A stretch of 64,000 nucleotides of DNA. Origin: a virus. Taxonomy: Duplodnaviria; Heunggongvirae; Uroviricota; Caudoviricetes. The DNA lies in IMG/VR virus record IMGVR_UViG_3300037312_000757, one strand, 5' to 3'. Below, in pieces: positions 9,261-21,600 of this stretch (position 1 is its first letter; each line of letters opens with the position of its first letter). Below the pieces are notes generated by a model. The model was given only the letters and a program-made list of their open reading frames with translations. It was not told the DNA's origin and searched no databases. The translations under genes and the position numbers were made by a program.

Positions 9261-12200
9261 TGAGCAGCAACCAACAAATTCGACAAAGTGAACTGTTTGC
9301 CGGTCAGGACTGGACGGTCCTCTACCGTGCGTTCACTCAGATCAACTTTAATGCAAGTGATCCAGCAAGCATCAATACTGCTCTGCAAAACTATATTCAG
9401 ACGAACTACCCTGAGGACTTCAACGACTGGATTGAAGATCAGGAATTCGTCATGCTCATCGACTTGCTGTCATGGTTGGCTGGTACACTGGCTTTCCGTA
9501 CTGACGTCAATGCTCGTGAAAACTTCCTGGAAACTGCCCAGTCCCGCGAATCAGTATTGCGTCTGGCACGCTTCCTGAGCTACAATGCGCGTCGCGCACA
9601 GTCAGCTCGAGGCCTAGTAAAGATTACCAATGTGAAGACCAGCCAGAGCGTCTACGACAGTTTTGGAACTAATCTCAACAACCAACAGGTTAACTGGAAC
9701 GATCCAGACAATCCTGACTGGATGGAACAATTCACAGTCGTACTCAATGCTGCATTTCCAACAACCAATCCGTTTGGTATTCCTCTGAAGACTGCAACCG
9801 TGTCTTCCGTACCAACTCAGCTCTATGCACTGAACAACGCCGCAAACACATCATGCGTGTATTCGTACAGTGCTAACGTGGAAGGCAATAGCGATTCATT
9901 CGAAATCGTGAACATGGATTTCGATACGTCTGGTTTCTCGGAACTTGATCCTAATCCATCACAAGCATTCCACATGGCTTACCGTAACGATGGTCTTGGT
10001 AATTCAAGCTCACGTACTGGTTTCTTCATGCTGTTCAAGCAGGGTACACTTCAGTCATCAACTTACTATCTGGCTGATCCTATCGAAAATCGTGTGATCG
10101 ATGTCAACACAAACAACATCAGCCAGACTGACGTGTGGGTTCAGACTATCGACAGTTCATCCAATGTCACAACACAATGGACACAAGTTCCAACGGTTGT
10201 AACCGACAACATCACATTCAACAGTGTTGCACCATCAGTTCGCAGCATTTACAGCGTCGTTACTCGTGACAGCGACCAGATCTCATTCCGTTTTGGTGAT
10301 GGTACATTTGGTAACGTGCCAGTCGGAAACCTGCGTTTGTGGTATCGTACAGTCAACGGACTGCAATATCAGTTGAGTCCAACTGACATGCAGAACTGTC
10401 AGATTGCCATCCCATACACAGACGTGACTGGTCGTAACCAAACACTGACATTAACATTTTCATTGCAGGAGACAATCTCCAATGCAGTGTCAAGCGAAGA
10501 CATTGACGATATTCGTCGTCGCGCTCCACAAGCATTTGCATCACAAAACCGTATGGTGTCCGGTGAAGACTACAACGTCTACCCACTGACATCTAACGAA
10601 ATCGTGAAGATGCACGCAGTGAACCGTATCTACTCAGGCCACAGCCGTTATCTTGATATCAACGACCCAACGTCAACATACCAAGATACCGTTGTGTACA
10701 GTGACGATGGTTGGATGTACACCTTGCCAACTACACAGTATCTGAATATCCCAACCACTGCTAACTTGACACCAGAACAGTTGGCAGTGAACAAGCTGCA
10801 ACCAATGCTCCAGCAGATTTCTCTGCGTGATTACTTCATCAATCTCTGGATGGATACGTACTCAGGTGCGATGTCAATTCCATTTGGTACAGCCACATGG
10901 ACAACACAGTCAGGTAATGGATGGAGTGCAACTGGTGCAATCATTATCAGTACAAGTGCTGATAATGATACCATCTATCCGCTGTTCGACTTCTTGACAA
11001 CAGGTGCGCAACTGAAGGTACAGTGGGACGACTACACATCTGGTTCTAAGGTTACGAAAACTCAATGGGTCCAAGTTAACCAGTGCAACGTTATCCGTAA
11101 CGTCACACAGTTGACAGCTGGTGCAATCCCCGACTTCGTTAGCCAGCTATCAGCTGCTGGTGCTCTAGTTGCTGATGAAACAATTCAAACTGGTGCTTCG
11201 ATTATTCAAATATGCCCGGCATTCCGCAGCGAGCTGAATAACCAAACACCAAGCGATCTGTCAGCAACCGAGTTGGCACAAGTGCAGAACTATTTCACAA
11301 CTCGCCGTCCATTCTCACTGTGGTATCAATTCAGCTTGAACACCTTGCTGAACAGCGGTGAAATGATTCCTGGTACTTGGAATGTTCTGGACTTTAACTC
11401 GACTGGCCCGGCAACCATCAACTCGTTGCCAGCTGTTCATGTTGCTGATATCCAGTATATTGGTTCATCATTCTGGACTATTGAAGTCAAGACTGGTACA
11501 AAGTTTGTGTTTCAAAGCCTGAACAACGTACAGTGGTTCAACGATGCTGATGCATCAATTGTTGACGCAAACACTGGTCTGGCTGTTCGTGATCATATCA
11601 CATTCATGACACCAGATCTGAATGATGTAAGCTTCGACATTTCATCAGCAATGTATGAGAGTGATGGGTTTGTGGACCCAACACGTGTGATCGTTACACC
11701 AACGGATTCTGATAGTGATGGTAACCCTGACGACCCAGAAGTATTCGAGACGGTGGTAGCAAGCAATACCGACAACTTTGGATGGGTATTCTTCTATGGC
11801 GACCCATCATCACAGGATTCTGGTCTGCAACCACTTGACATCAAGGCATACAAAGCGATGCCTGGTAATGGTCAGTTTGTAGATGGTACGATTTTCTGTC
11901 TGATTAACGATACAGCTGGTACACAGACATTCTACAAATATATGAATGGCGTCCCAGCGGTTATCACAAACACCGGTTATGTGGCTCTGCGTGGTGCTGG
12001 CAATCTGAAGTTCCAGTGGAAACACTTCTCGAATCTAGATACACGTATCGACCCAGCAATTACCAACGTAATTGATGCGTTCGTTCTGACATACGAATAT
12101 GACTATTTGGTGCGTCAGTGGATTGCTGCTGGTTGTGACCCAGAGACAGAACCAACAGCACCAACAGATGTGAGTTTGGAGTCACAGTTTAGTGATCTCG

Positions 12201-12619
12201 AACAGTACAAGATGTTCAGTGATCAGATCGTGTGGCGCCCGGTCAAGTACAAGTATTTGTTTGGATCTACAGCTGAAACAGAACTGCAAGCACAGTTCAA
12301 GGTTGTTAAGATTCCGAACACAACAATGAGTGATGGTGAAATTCGATCAAATATTATCGCGGCAATCAACTCTTACTTCGATGTAAATAAGTGGGAGTTC
12401 GGAGAAACATTCTACTTCTCTGAACTGGCTGCTTATATCCACATCCAGTTGGCAACAGCAATTAGTTCTGTTGTCATTGTCCCAACTGCACCAACGAGTG
12501 TATTTGGTAACTTGTTCGAAGTGCGTAGCAACAGCGATGAACTGTTTATCAGCACAGCACAAGTTAGCGATATTGTGATCATTAGCTCCAATACTGCTTC
12601 CAATCTACGGATTTCATAA
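9260..12619 (+). CDS. 6: gp6-like baseplate wedge protein
   Basis: ENFLETAQSRESVLRLA, FGDGTFG, QNRMVSGEDY, WEFGETFYFSEL motifs. Confidence 0.88.
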   Translation: MSSNQQIRQSELFAGQDWTVLYRAFTQINFNASDPASINTALQNYIQTNYPEDFNDWIEDQEFVMLIDLLSWLAGTLAFRTDVNARENFLETAQSRESVLRLARFLSYNARRAQSARGLVKITNVKTSQSVYDSFGTNLNNQQVNWNDPDNPDWMEQFTVVLNAAFPTTNPFGIPLKTATVSSVPTQLYALNNAANTSCVYSYSANVEGNSDSFEIVNMDFDTSGFSELDPNPSQAFHMAYRNDGLGNSSSRTGFFMLFKQGTLQSSTYYLADPIENRVIDVNTNNISQTDVWVQTIDSSSNVTTQWTQVPTVVTDNITFNSVAPSVRSIYSVVTRDSDQISFRFGDGTFGNVPVGNLRLWYRTVNGLQYQLSPTDMQNCQIAIPYTDVTGRNQTLTLTFSLQETISNAVSSEDIDDIRRRAPQAFASQNRMVSGEDYNVYPLTSNEIVKMHAVNRIYSGHSRYLDINDPTSTYQDTVVYSDDGWMYTLPTTQYLNIPTTANLTPEQLAVNKLQPMLQQISLRDYFINLWMDTYSGAMSIPFGTATWTTQSGNGWSATGAIIISTSADNDTIYPLFDFLTTGAQLKVQWDDYTSGSKVTKTQWVQVNQCNVIRNVTQLTAGAIPDFVSQLSAAGALVADETIQTGASIIQICPAFRSELNNQTPSDLSATELAQVQNYFTTRRPFSLWYQFSLNTLLNSGEMIPGTWNVLDFNSTGPATINSLPAVHVADIQYIGSSFWTIEVKTGTKFVFQSLNNVQWFNDADASIVDANTGLAVRDHITFMTPDLNDVSFDISSAMYESDGFVDPTRVIVTPTDSDSDGNPDDPEVFETVVASNTDNFGWVFFYGDPSSQDSGLQPLDIKAYKAMPGNGQFVDGTIFCLINDTAGTQTFYKYMNGVPAVITNTGYVALRGAGNLKFQWKHFSNLDTRIDPAITNVIDAFVLTYEYDYLVRQWIAAGCDPETEPTAPTDVSLESQFSDLEQYKMFSDQIVWRPVKYKYLFGSTAETELQAQFKVVKIPNTTMSDGEIRSNIIAAINSYFDVNKWEFGETFYFSELAAYIHIQLATAISSVVIVPTAPTSVFGNLFEVRSNSDELFISTAQVSDIVIISSNTASNLRIS

Positions 12620-15600
12620 TGGCGCAACGTCAGTTTATTAAACAACTACCTGTTGTCCAACAGACAACAACGCTTCAAAAGTTCTTCAACGCAACGGTTG
12701 ACCAGGTATTCCAGCCTGGTCAACTGCAGAACGTGAACGCGTTTATTGGTAGAAAGCCATCCTATTACAACGCCAACACTGACTTCTACAAGCCAGAGTA
12801 CGATGCCGAACGTGCATTCTATCAGCTTGAGCCAACAATGGTTAGTGCTGACACATCAGGTGTAACTCAGGATCTGTTGTTCTACATGGACGTAGTCAAC
12901 AACCTGCGTTACCAAGGCGCACTTGTGAATAATCACGAACGCTTGTTCGAAACTGATTACTACACATGGTGCCCACCAATTAATCTCGACATGTTGGAGA
13001 ACTATCGCAACTACTACTGGTTGCCAGATGGTCCTCCAATCATGACATTTGACATCCCAGTGAACACATACACTGGTGATGGCACCAAAACAGTTTTCAC
13101 AGCACCGGACAGTCTTCCTGATTCAATCGTCAACGTAAAGGTCAAAGTGCAAGGTGACTATGTTACCGACTTCACTTACGCTAATGGCGAAGTAACGTTC
13201 GATACTGCACCAACTGCTGGCCAGACAATCCAAATTTGGACAAACGGTGGCTTCGTAGCAAACATTAACGGTCAAACTTCATACACATACCCAGGTACTG
13301 TAACTGCTTATGCAGTCGAGCAAAAGTCAGTATCAGAAACATTGCAACAAGATGTACCATGGGATTCAGAAGCTTGGTCAACTAACGACATGATTACATG
13401 GGAAGTTCAGAACTATCTGGATACCCAATCAATCAAGTACAGCTACCCAACAATCACATTGGACCCAGCTCCTGCCCTCGTTCGTGGCATGCTTGTCGAA
13501 ATCAAGGATGACACATGGGAACATGCTTGGGACGTTGCCGCATGGGATGAAGATCTGTGGGAAACCAACACCGCACTGGAAGTTGACGTTCAGAAACAAA
13601 ACGATGAAATGGTCATCGAGATGATCGATCAGGATCCAAATCTGGTTCGTCGCGAAGATCCACAATACTGGACCATTGAACGTCGTTCAGTATCAGAAAA
13701 CCAGTGGAGTCTGAACAATCGTTGGTATCACCGAGATATTATCTTCTACAGCGGTAATGAGTATTCACCAGCAAAGGCAAAACGTCCGATCCTCGAGTTC
13801 TTCAACAGCATCAAGCTGTTCAACTATGGTGTGAACCACCTTGACGACGTAGATGCGATTTACGATGGTGTGACATTCGATGTGTCAACTCTGACTGCTG
13901 GGACACGTATTCTGGTTGTAAACTCAACCACCACGAACGTTTCAGATGGTACCTACTTCGTTGGTCTGAATACTAGCAATGTCAAGACACTAATTGCTGA
14001 CGCGTCAGCAATTCAATACGACATCGTGAAGGCAACTAACGGTGTTGAGTACTGGTTCAACGGTACGAAGTGGATCAAGGCACAAGCATACGGTAACCAA
14101 CCACCACTGTTCGATCTATTCGACGGCAACAGCACAAGTGTGGTTGATCAATCGGTTTACCCAGCCAGCACATTCGCTGGTTCAGCAATCTTTGCTTACT
14201 CACAAGACACGACAGGTACAACACCAACTGATAGTGTCTTGGGTATCGCACCGGTATTCAACACATACGGTTCGTTCGAGTTCGATAACAAGCTCGCAAC
14301 TGACGCTTCAGATGTGCCTGGTCTGAAATACTATGCATTCACAACGTCAACAAGTGGTGTTGTGAATTTCGATTACGAAAGCTCATGGCACTATGCAGGT
14401 AAGACGAGCCAACCAATCGACAGCGCAACTGGGTTCTACGAGATTCCACAAAACCTGCAGGCTAACCCAAACAACGATGGAATCACAACGATTTCACGTA
14501 ACGATTGGTTCCCTCAGTTCCAGCAAATCATGCCTGAAAACAACTGGCTATGGGACAGCAAGTATTACAACTTGAACGCTGGTACAAATATCGTTCAGAA
14601 CCGTGGTAACCTGCTGAAGACTATGCTGATGAGCTCAAACAAGAACATCGACGTAATGAAGTCAATGCTCTATGTTGAGCGTGAATACAGCCGTTACCGC
14701 GCAAAGCTGTCACAATACCTGACAACTATGTACAATAGTGGTCAGATTACAACCACGGCTGCTGCTCTTACAACAGCATTGAACTACCTGAAGGTCACAA
14801 AGACATCAACCTTCTCGTTCTTCAACAACGGTATGGGCGGTGACAACTATTACATTCCAGCATCTGGTGCATACCTCGGTCTGACTCCACTGTGGAAACC
14901 AGAACTGATCATCCAGAACTCATCAGCTGGCGGCTGTGCAGTCATGTTGCGTGGCCACGATGGCAGCTTGCTACCAGGCTTCTCAAAGTACACAACTCAA
15001 AATGTTACTCTGACGGCTCAAGGTATCATGGTTGATGGGGTTGAGGAAGAACTCGACCTCCGCGATACCATCTTGTTCGCTTACGAACAAATGCTGTACG
15101 CTGCTTGTGATTCATCACTGAAGGCACAACGTCGCCCAGTATTCGATATCAAAACCGTACAACCTGGTAAGTTCCGCACAACTGATTACTCACTGACAGA
15201 GTTCAACACTGTTGCAACTCCAATCTTTGAACGCTGGGTTGCTCGCGGTCAAAAAGACTATACCACAAACAAGACATACGATCCAAACAATGTTTGGACA
15301 TGGAACCTCAGCCAAGCTAAGGATGCCGATGGTCAAGCAATCCCAGGTTACTGGCGTGGTCTCTACGATTACTACTTCGACACCGACCGCCCAGACACAC
15401 ATCCTTGGGAAATGCTGGGCTTTACAAGCAAACCAACATGGTGGGATATTCATTACTCATGGACAGATGCGACCAAGCGTGCCGCTCTGATTGCGGCAAT
15501 CGTTGCTGGTAATGTGGCCGAACCACCAAGCACATCAATCGATCCTCTGTTTGCTCGTGCCGGTTTCGAACGTTTCATTCCTGTTGACATTAACGGTAAC

Positions 15601-18600
15601 CTTCTGGACCCATTCGCAGCTGGTATCGTGATCGATACAGGTGACGTTACATCATACGCAGGCGACTGGGTATTCGGTGACTGCGGTCCAGTTGAAAACT
15701 CATGGTGGAACAGCGAATACATCAGCTTTGCTTTGTCAGAATTGAGCTATCTCCTGAAGCCTGTTAGCTTCGTCGAATCAGGTTGGGAAACACTCGACAA
15801 TGAGCTCACATATCCAGGCCAAGCTAACCAGTGGGTAAGCAAGACTCTTGGTCGCCGCAAGCACTTTAGCGACTATGTGGTTCATAACGAAGTAGTCAAC
15901 AAGAAGACAGTTCAAGTAATCGGTCTGCAACAGTGGATTTCAGACTACGTCAAGTCAAACGGTCAAGACATCACCACAACATTTGGTGATCACGTTCGTG
16001 GTCTCAATGTCAAGCTGGCACACAAGGTGGGTGCATTCACTGACTCAAAGACCATGCAGGCTTCAACAGAAAGCCAAGGTGTTCTACCAAGCGAAAACGT
16101 TACTGTCGAACTGTACAACTCACCAAGCACTCGTGAAGAGTTCTATGGTGGTGTCATCGTTAAGTGGACAGGCAACGGATGGGCAGTTATTGGTTATGAC
16201 GTTCTGAACCCAGTGTTCAATATCATTACACCAAATACAAGCGGCCCAAAGGTCACAATCTCACTGGGTGAAATTGCAACACGTGCATACCCATGGGCAC
16301 CAAACACCTTCTATCAAACAGGTGTTCAAGTTACATGGCAAAATGCAACATATGAATGCTTGAAGTCACACACTTCAGTGGCAACATTCGAGCAAGAATA
16401 CTGGGAGCTGGTTTCCAGCTCAGCTGGTACTTCACCATACCTGCAATTCTACACCAAAGCAGTTCCAGCAAATACGGTCACAACCGTTCCATACGGCACA
16501 GTATTTCACACAATGCAGGAAGTTGCTAACTTCCTGGCTGGTTATGAACTATATCTGAAGAGTCGTGGTTGGGTGTTCGATGGTTTTGATAGCTCAATTA
16601 ACGAAGCAAAGGACTTCCGTATTGCTGTCCGCCAATTCCTGAACTGGGCACAAGTTACATGGGCACCAGGCACATTCATCACACTCAGCCCAATTGCTGA
16701 TGGTGTGAAGTTTGTCACCAACCATGGCGCAATCCAATCAGTTGAACAAATGGTCAACGGCGTTTACTCAATCCTAGATCGCGGCGGCGCATACGTTGAT
16801 ATCAAGAACACAGTCGTGAACCGCGTCAACGGTCAAATCGTCGTGTCAACAAAGGATGGCTCTGGTATCTACGGTCTGCGTATCAGCGTAACCGAGATTG
16901 AGCACTGCATTCTGTTCGATAACACAACGATCTTCAACGACGTTATCTACGAACCATTGTTCAACTTGCGTCAAAACCGCATTCGCATGAACTTCAACCT
17001 CAGTACAAACTGGAATGGTACATTGAATGCACCAGGCTTTGTGTTGACTGATAATCTGATGGTTCCAAGCTTCGACCGTTCAGTGGAAGACGTTCGCAAC
17101 ATGTTCGGTATTGAGCAACCTGTTTATTCAGTGATGCGCGATTACGCACGTCACCAAATTGGTTACCAGTCACGTAACTACTTGGCAGACATCTTCACAA
17201 ACGAACTTAACCAGTTCGAATTCTATCAGGGTATGATTCAGCAAAAGGGTTCAGCAGGTGCGCTGGACAAATTGCTGCGTAATACAACACTGACGCAGAC
17301 TACCAACCTGGAGTTCTTGGAAGAATGGGCGTTCCTGAACGGTAACTACGGGGGCGTGGGTCAAGAGAAAGTTGTTGAATTCGAGATCTCAAGTGAAAAC
17401 GTTAAGCAAGAGCCACAACAGATCAATTTCAAGAATGCTGACGAAGGTCTAACTGCTGAACAATTGACTGCTCTGCAAGACGCGGATTCACTGACACTAG
17501 ATCTGTACTCAAACAGCACAGCATATGATACACGCTGGATCTATCCACCAACATCAAATGCGGTATTCCCAGAACTGCTGGACTTCACTCGTCACAAGGG
17601 TGATCTCCCAACAGCTGGTTATGTTCGTACAGATGAAGTCACTGTCGCGACTGTTGATCTGTCAACACTGAATACAAAGGTGCAAGCCGGCACTGTTAAC
17701 CTATCAATCGGCTCACGCGTTTGGATCTACGACAACGGCAAGTCAACATTTGACGTGCTGCGTGCTGATACAGCTATCACGGGTTCCGATTCAAATGGTA
17801 ATTCACTGAACGGTCTGGTGACCGCTAACTATGTGGCGGAAATCAACGGTAACATCATTACCCTGATGTACCCAACGACTATCATGGCTGGCGAGTTTAT
17901 GTACATCAGCTCACCATCAAACACCAGCCCAGATATCGGTGGCGTGTACACAGTCGAGTCAGTATCTTCAGATCGTTTGACTGTTACTCTGGTAGAGACC
18001 ATCACAGTAAACAACACCTTCGACAGCCCAGGCACATTTGCTAATTCAGTCGTGGCAGAGCCTAACGCTGACGCGCCATCAATCCTGCGTCTGTACTCTG
18101 TTCGCTTCAACGAGAGCAATGGCGGCTCTATGGCAAGCTCTATGGCACTGTCCACACTTGCCGCTAACTTTAGTTCAGCTGTAAAGGTACCAACTGGTGG
18201 TTTCACAACTGGTGAATGCATTTACCTGGACTGCGGTTACGAGTTTGCTAACCAAGACACCTATGCGATGTACCAAAAGCGTTGGGCTGTATTCAAGTGG
18301 AACGGCACAGCGTTCGTACCATACCGTTCACAAGCTCCACGCATTGATCGCACTCTGATCAACTCAGTTAAGTTGTATGACACAACAACTGCGCTGTCAT
18401 CAGATAGCAACCAAATGCAAGCAAACCCATTGCTGTACCCAGATGTACTTCCGTTCGATCCAGTTCAGGGTCTCATCCCTGGTGCTGCGAAGCGTGAAGT
18501 ATTCTACATGCAAGAATTCGACCCAGCACGTTACAACCAGGGTTCAAACTTGTCACTGGGTCTTGAGTGGGACGCTGCACAAGTTGGTCGTATTTGGTGG

Positions 18601-21600
18601 AACCTGAATACATCACGTTTCTTGCTGGCTGAAACTAATGATCTTACAAGTCTGGGTGATGCTGACAAGGCAGCGGAAATCGCATACCGCGTAAAGAACT
18701 GGGGCGCCCTTGCGCCAGACAGCGAAGTCGATTTCTACGAGTGGACCGAGAGCGATGTCAATCCAACTGACTGGATGACAAACTTCAATGCTGGCACAAC
18801 ACCAGCAACATACGATGGACCAGTGTTCAACTCATCCAATCCATCATGGGTTGAAAAGCAAGTGTACAACACTTCAACTGGCGAGTACGACACAAAGTTC
18901 TATTTCTGGGTCAAGAACCGTCAAACAACACCTGACGTTGGCTTCCGCAACATCAGCGCATCAGCCGCTGCTGATCTAATTGCTGATCCAGCGAATAACG
19001 GTATTGCATGGATGGCCCCAGTGTCAAGCGATACTGTGATTGCTGCTGCAATCAGCCAGTACCTGACACCAACCAGCTCAATGCAAATGCGTGTTCGCAA
19101 GAATGATGCTAAGGTTGGTAAGCATTCAGAATGGACATTGCTGCGTCCAGGTGATGCACTGAGCTTGCCATCAACAGGCTTGTTCACTAACATGGTGTTC
19201 TCACTGGCTGGTATCAACGCACAAAACGATCCAATTCCAAATCCAAACCTGTACGTGACAACACGCACTGGTAACGATCTGCGTATTGGCCAAAGCTGGT
19301 TCGCTAACCTGCAAGGTGCTCGCAAGCACTTGGTAGAGTATTTGAACAACGTGTTCGCAAATCTGCTCCTGGCTGACGAACGTCCATACGCTTTGACAGC
19401 AATGCAGAAGGTGCAAAGCGATGCGCAATACCTACAGTGGACTCAAACTGAAGGTTCAGCATATCTCGAACCAATTCCAAATGCTGCATTGTGGAAGAAG
19501 CAGTTCGCATCATTGCAAGAATTCACTAAGGCATACACAAATGATGCCACAGTGAGCCCAGGCTTGATCATGAACTTCAGTGGCACAACACCATACTGGT
19601 CAGTTATGACGGCCGATCAGTCAGGTAATGTCAACTTCGCAACTCTATGGGACCAGCAGGTTTCATCACTCACAGAACTGCAAGCACTGGCTGGTAAATT
19701 GGCTGATGGTACAAAGGTACTCGTTACAGCAAACTCAGCAACTGCAAACATGTGGACACTATGGTCCTGGAATGCCACAACTGCTAAGTTCGATCTGATA
19801 ACAACTCAGCGTTACAACACGAGCGATATCTTCACGGTTGTTGACTGGTACGCTAAGGGATACGATGAAACAATGGTACCAAGCGCAGTGTTTGCAACGC
19901 AAGCTGCCCGTCAGGTTGCACTTGGTGCTGAACCAACAATCCAGTACACCAAGATTCTTGATGACGGTCAAGGTCGCTGGATGTGGCAGACATGGTCAAA
20001 TGGTGTCTGGACTACTGTTGCCAAGGAAAACGGTACAGTTCAGTTCAACGACAACGTATGGAAGAACACAGGTAACAGTTTTGACGTGACCGGTTCACTC
20101 CCAAGCAACTTTGCAACTCTGGTTGCAAACCGTGACATGGGTTATGAACTGAACGCGATGTTGAACATTCTGCGTGACAACGTTTTGGTCGCATCAGAAG
20201 AAAATGATCTGTTCTTCAGCATGATCAAATATCTGCATACGGAACAGGACTTCGTTGACTGGTGCTTCAAGACATCGTTTATGTACATCCAGGGTTTCAA
20301 TGCAAACCTGATTGCAAGCCCAATCGCAAGTATCGATTACACAAGCGACTTGTTGGCATATATCGACGAAGTTAAGCCTTACCACGTTAAGATCCGTAAC
20401 TTCATCAGCAAGTACGGCGTGAACGATACAGCGAATGTCCATGCTACTGACTTCGACAAGCCAGTGTATTATGATTCAGCTAAGGGCGTTTACCGTGTCT
20501 TGGATGCAACAAATACGGCAGACTTGGCTATTCTGTCAACAAACCCAACCTACAAGGATTGGTACAACAACTGGAAGAATGGCAACAACCAAGTACGTAA
20601 AATCAAGGCAACACTAACATTTGATCGTGTGTCAATTGATAGCACTGATACAAATGGTGGTGCGATTAACCGCCTGTCACAATACTGGAATGGTAACGCA
20701 ACAACCCAGAACGGGTTGAAGGGCATCATGAAGGGTGTCGTGTTCAATGGTCCAGTAATTTCAGGTGGTAATCTTGCCGCTCCAACACTGGATCCAACAA
20801 CACTGACATACAAGGATAGCAACGGTAAACTGTTGGCCACAAATGCTCCAAGTTATGTTTACTTCGCACAGAAGTTCAACACAACTGACCATCTGCTTCC
20901 ACGTCCTTGGGACGTTGCTGATGATCATCAGCAAAACTATGTTTGGGATGACATCACATTCGAAAACTGGGATGCAATGGATGAGCGTGTGTGGTCCAAG
21001 CTTGTTCAATCTGGCTTGACTGGTCAAATATACAATGCGTATGAATTCGAGTTCACACTCGAAGACATGGATGTGAACAACGGCCACCGTATCGAAGTTT
21101 ACCGCAATGGCACACGTTTGTCTCTGATTAATGGTGATTACATTGTCCTGGCTGATGACACTCTGGCTAATAGCTGGAAGATCTACTTCAAGATGTCAGA
21201 TCTCACAGACTCAGACACCGTGATTATCATGGTTGTTCAAGGTGACACATATGACGAGATAATCAATGGTGGTACATTTGCAGCAACAACATATGATGAG
21301 ATCATTAGTGGCAGCATCTTCCATGATCCAACACACCAAGCAAATCACCCAGAAGAGCTTGTGCAAGTGCTGGTAACGGCAGGCGTTCGCATCAAGATCT
21401 CACAGCGTTGGACAGAAGGCAGTGCCTCAATCACAGCATTCGAGTCACCACTTGATATGCACTTGCCAGTGGCTCCACAGTCCAAGCAAGCAATTGCGTT
21501 GTATGACAACGGGGTCCGTGTTGCACAAAGCGATTATGCTTACGATGCACGTAACACCGCAGTGACATATTCGGGTAGCAACAATCCAACATTCCTGGAC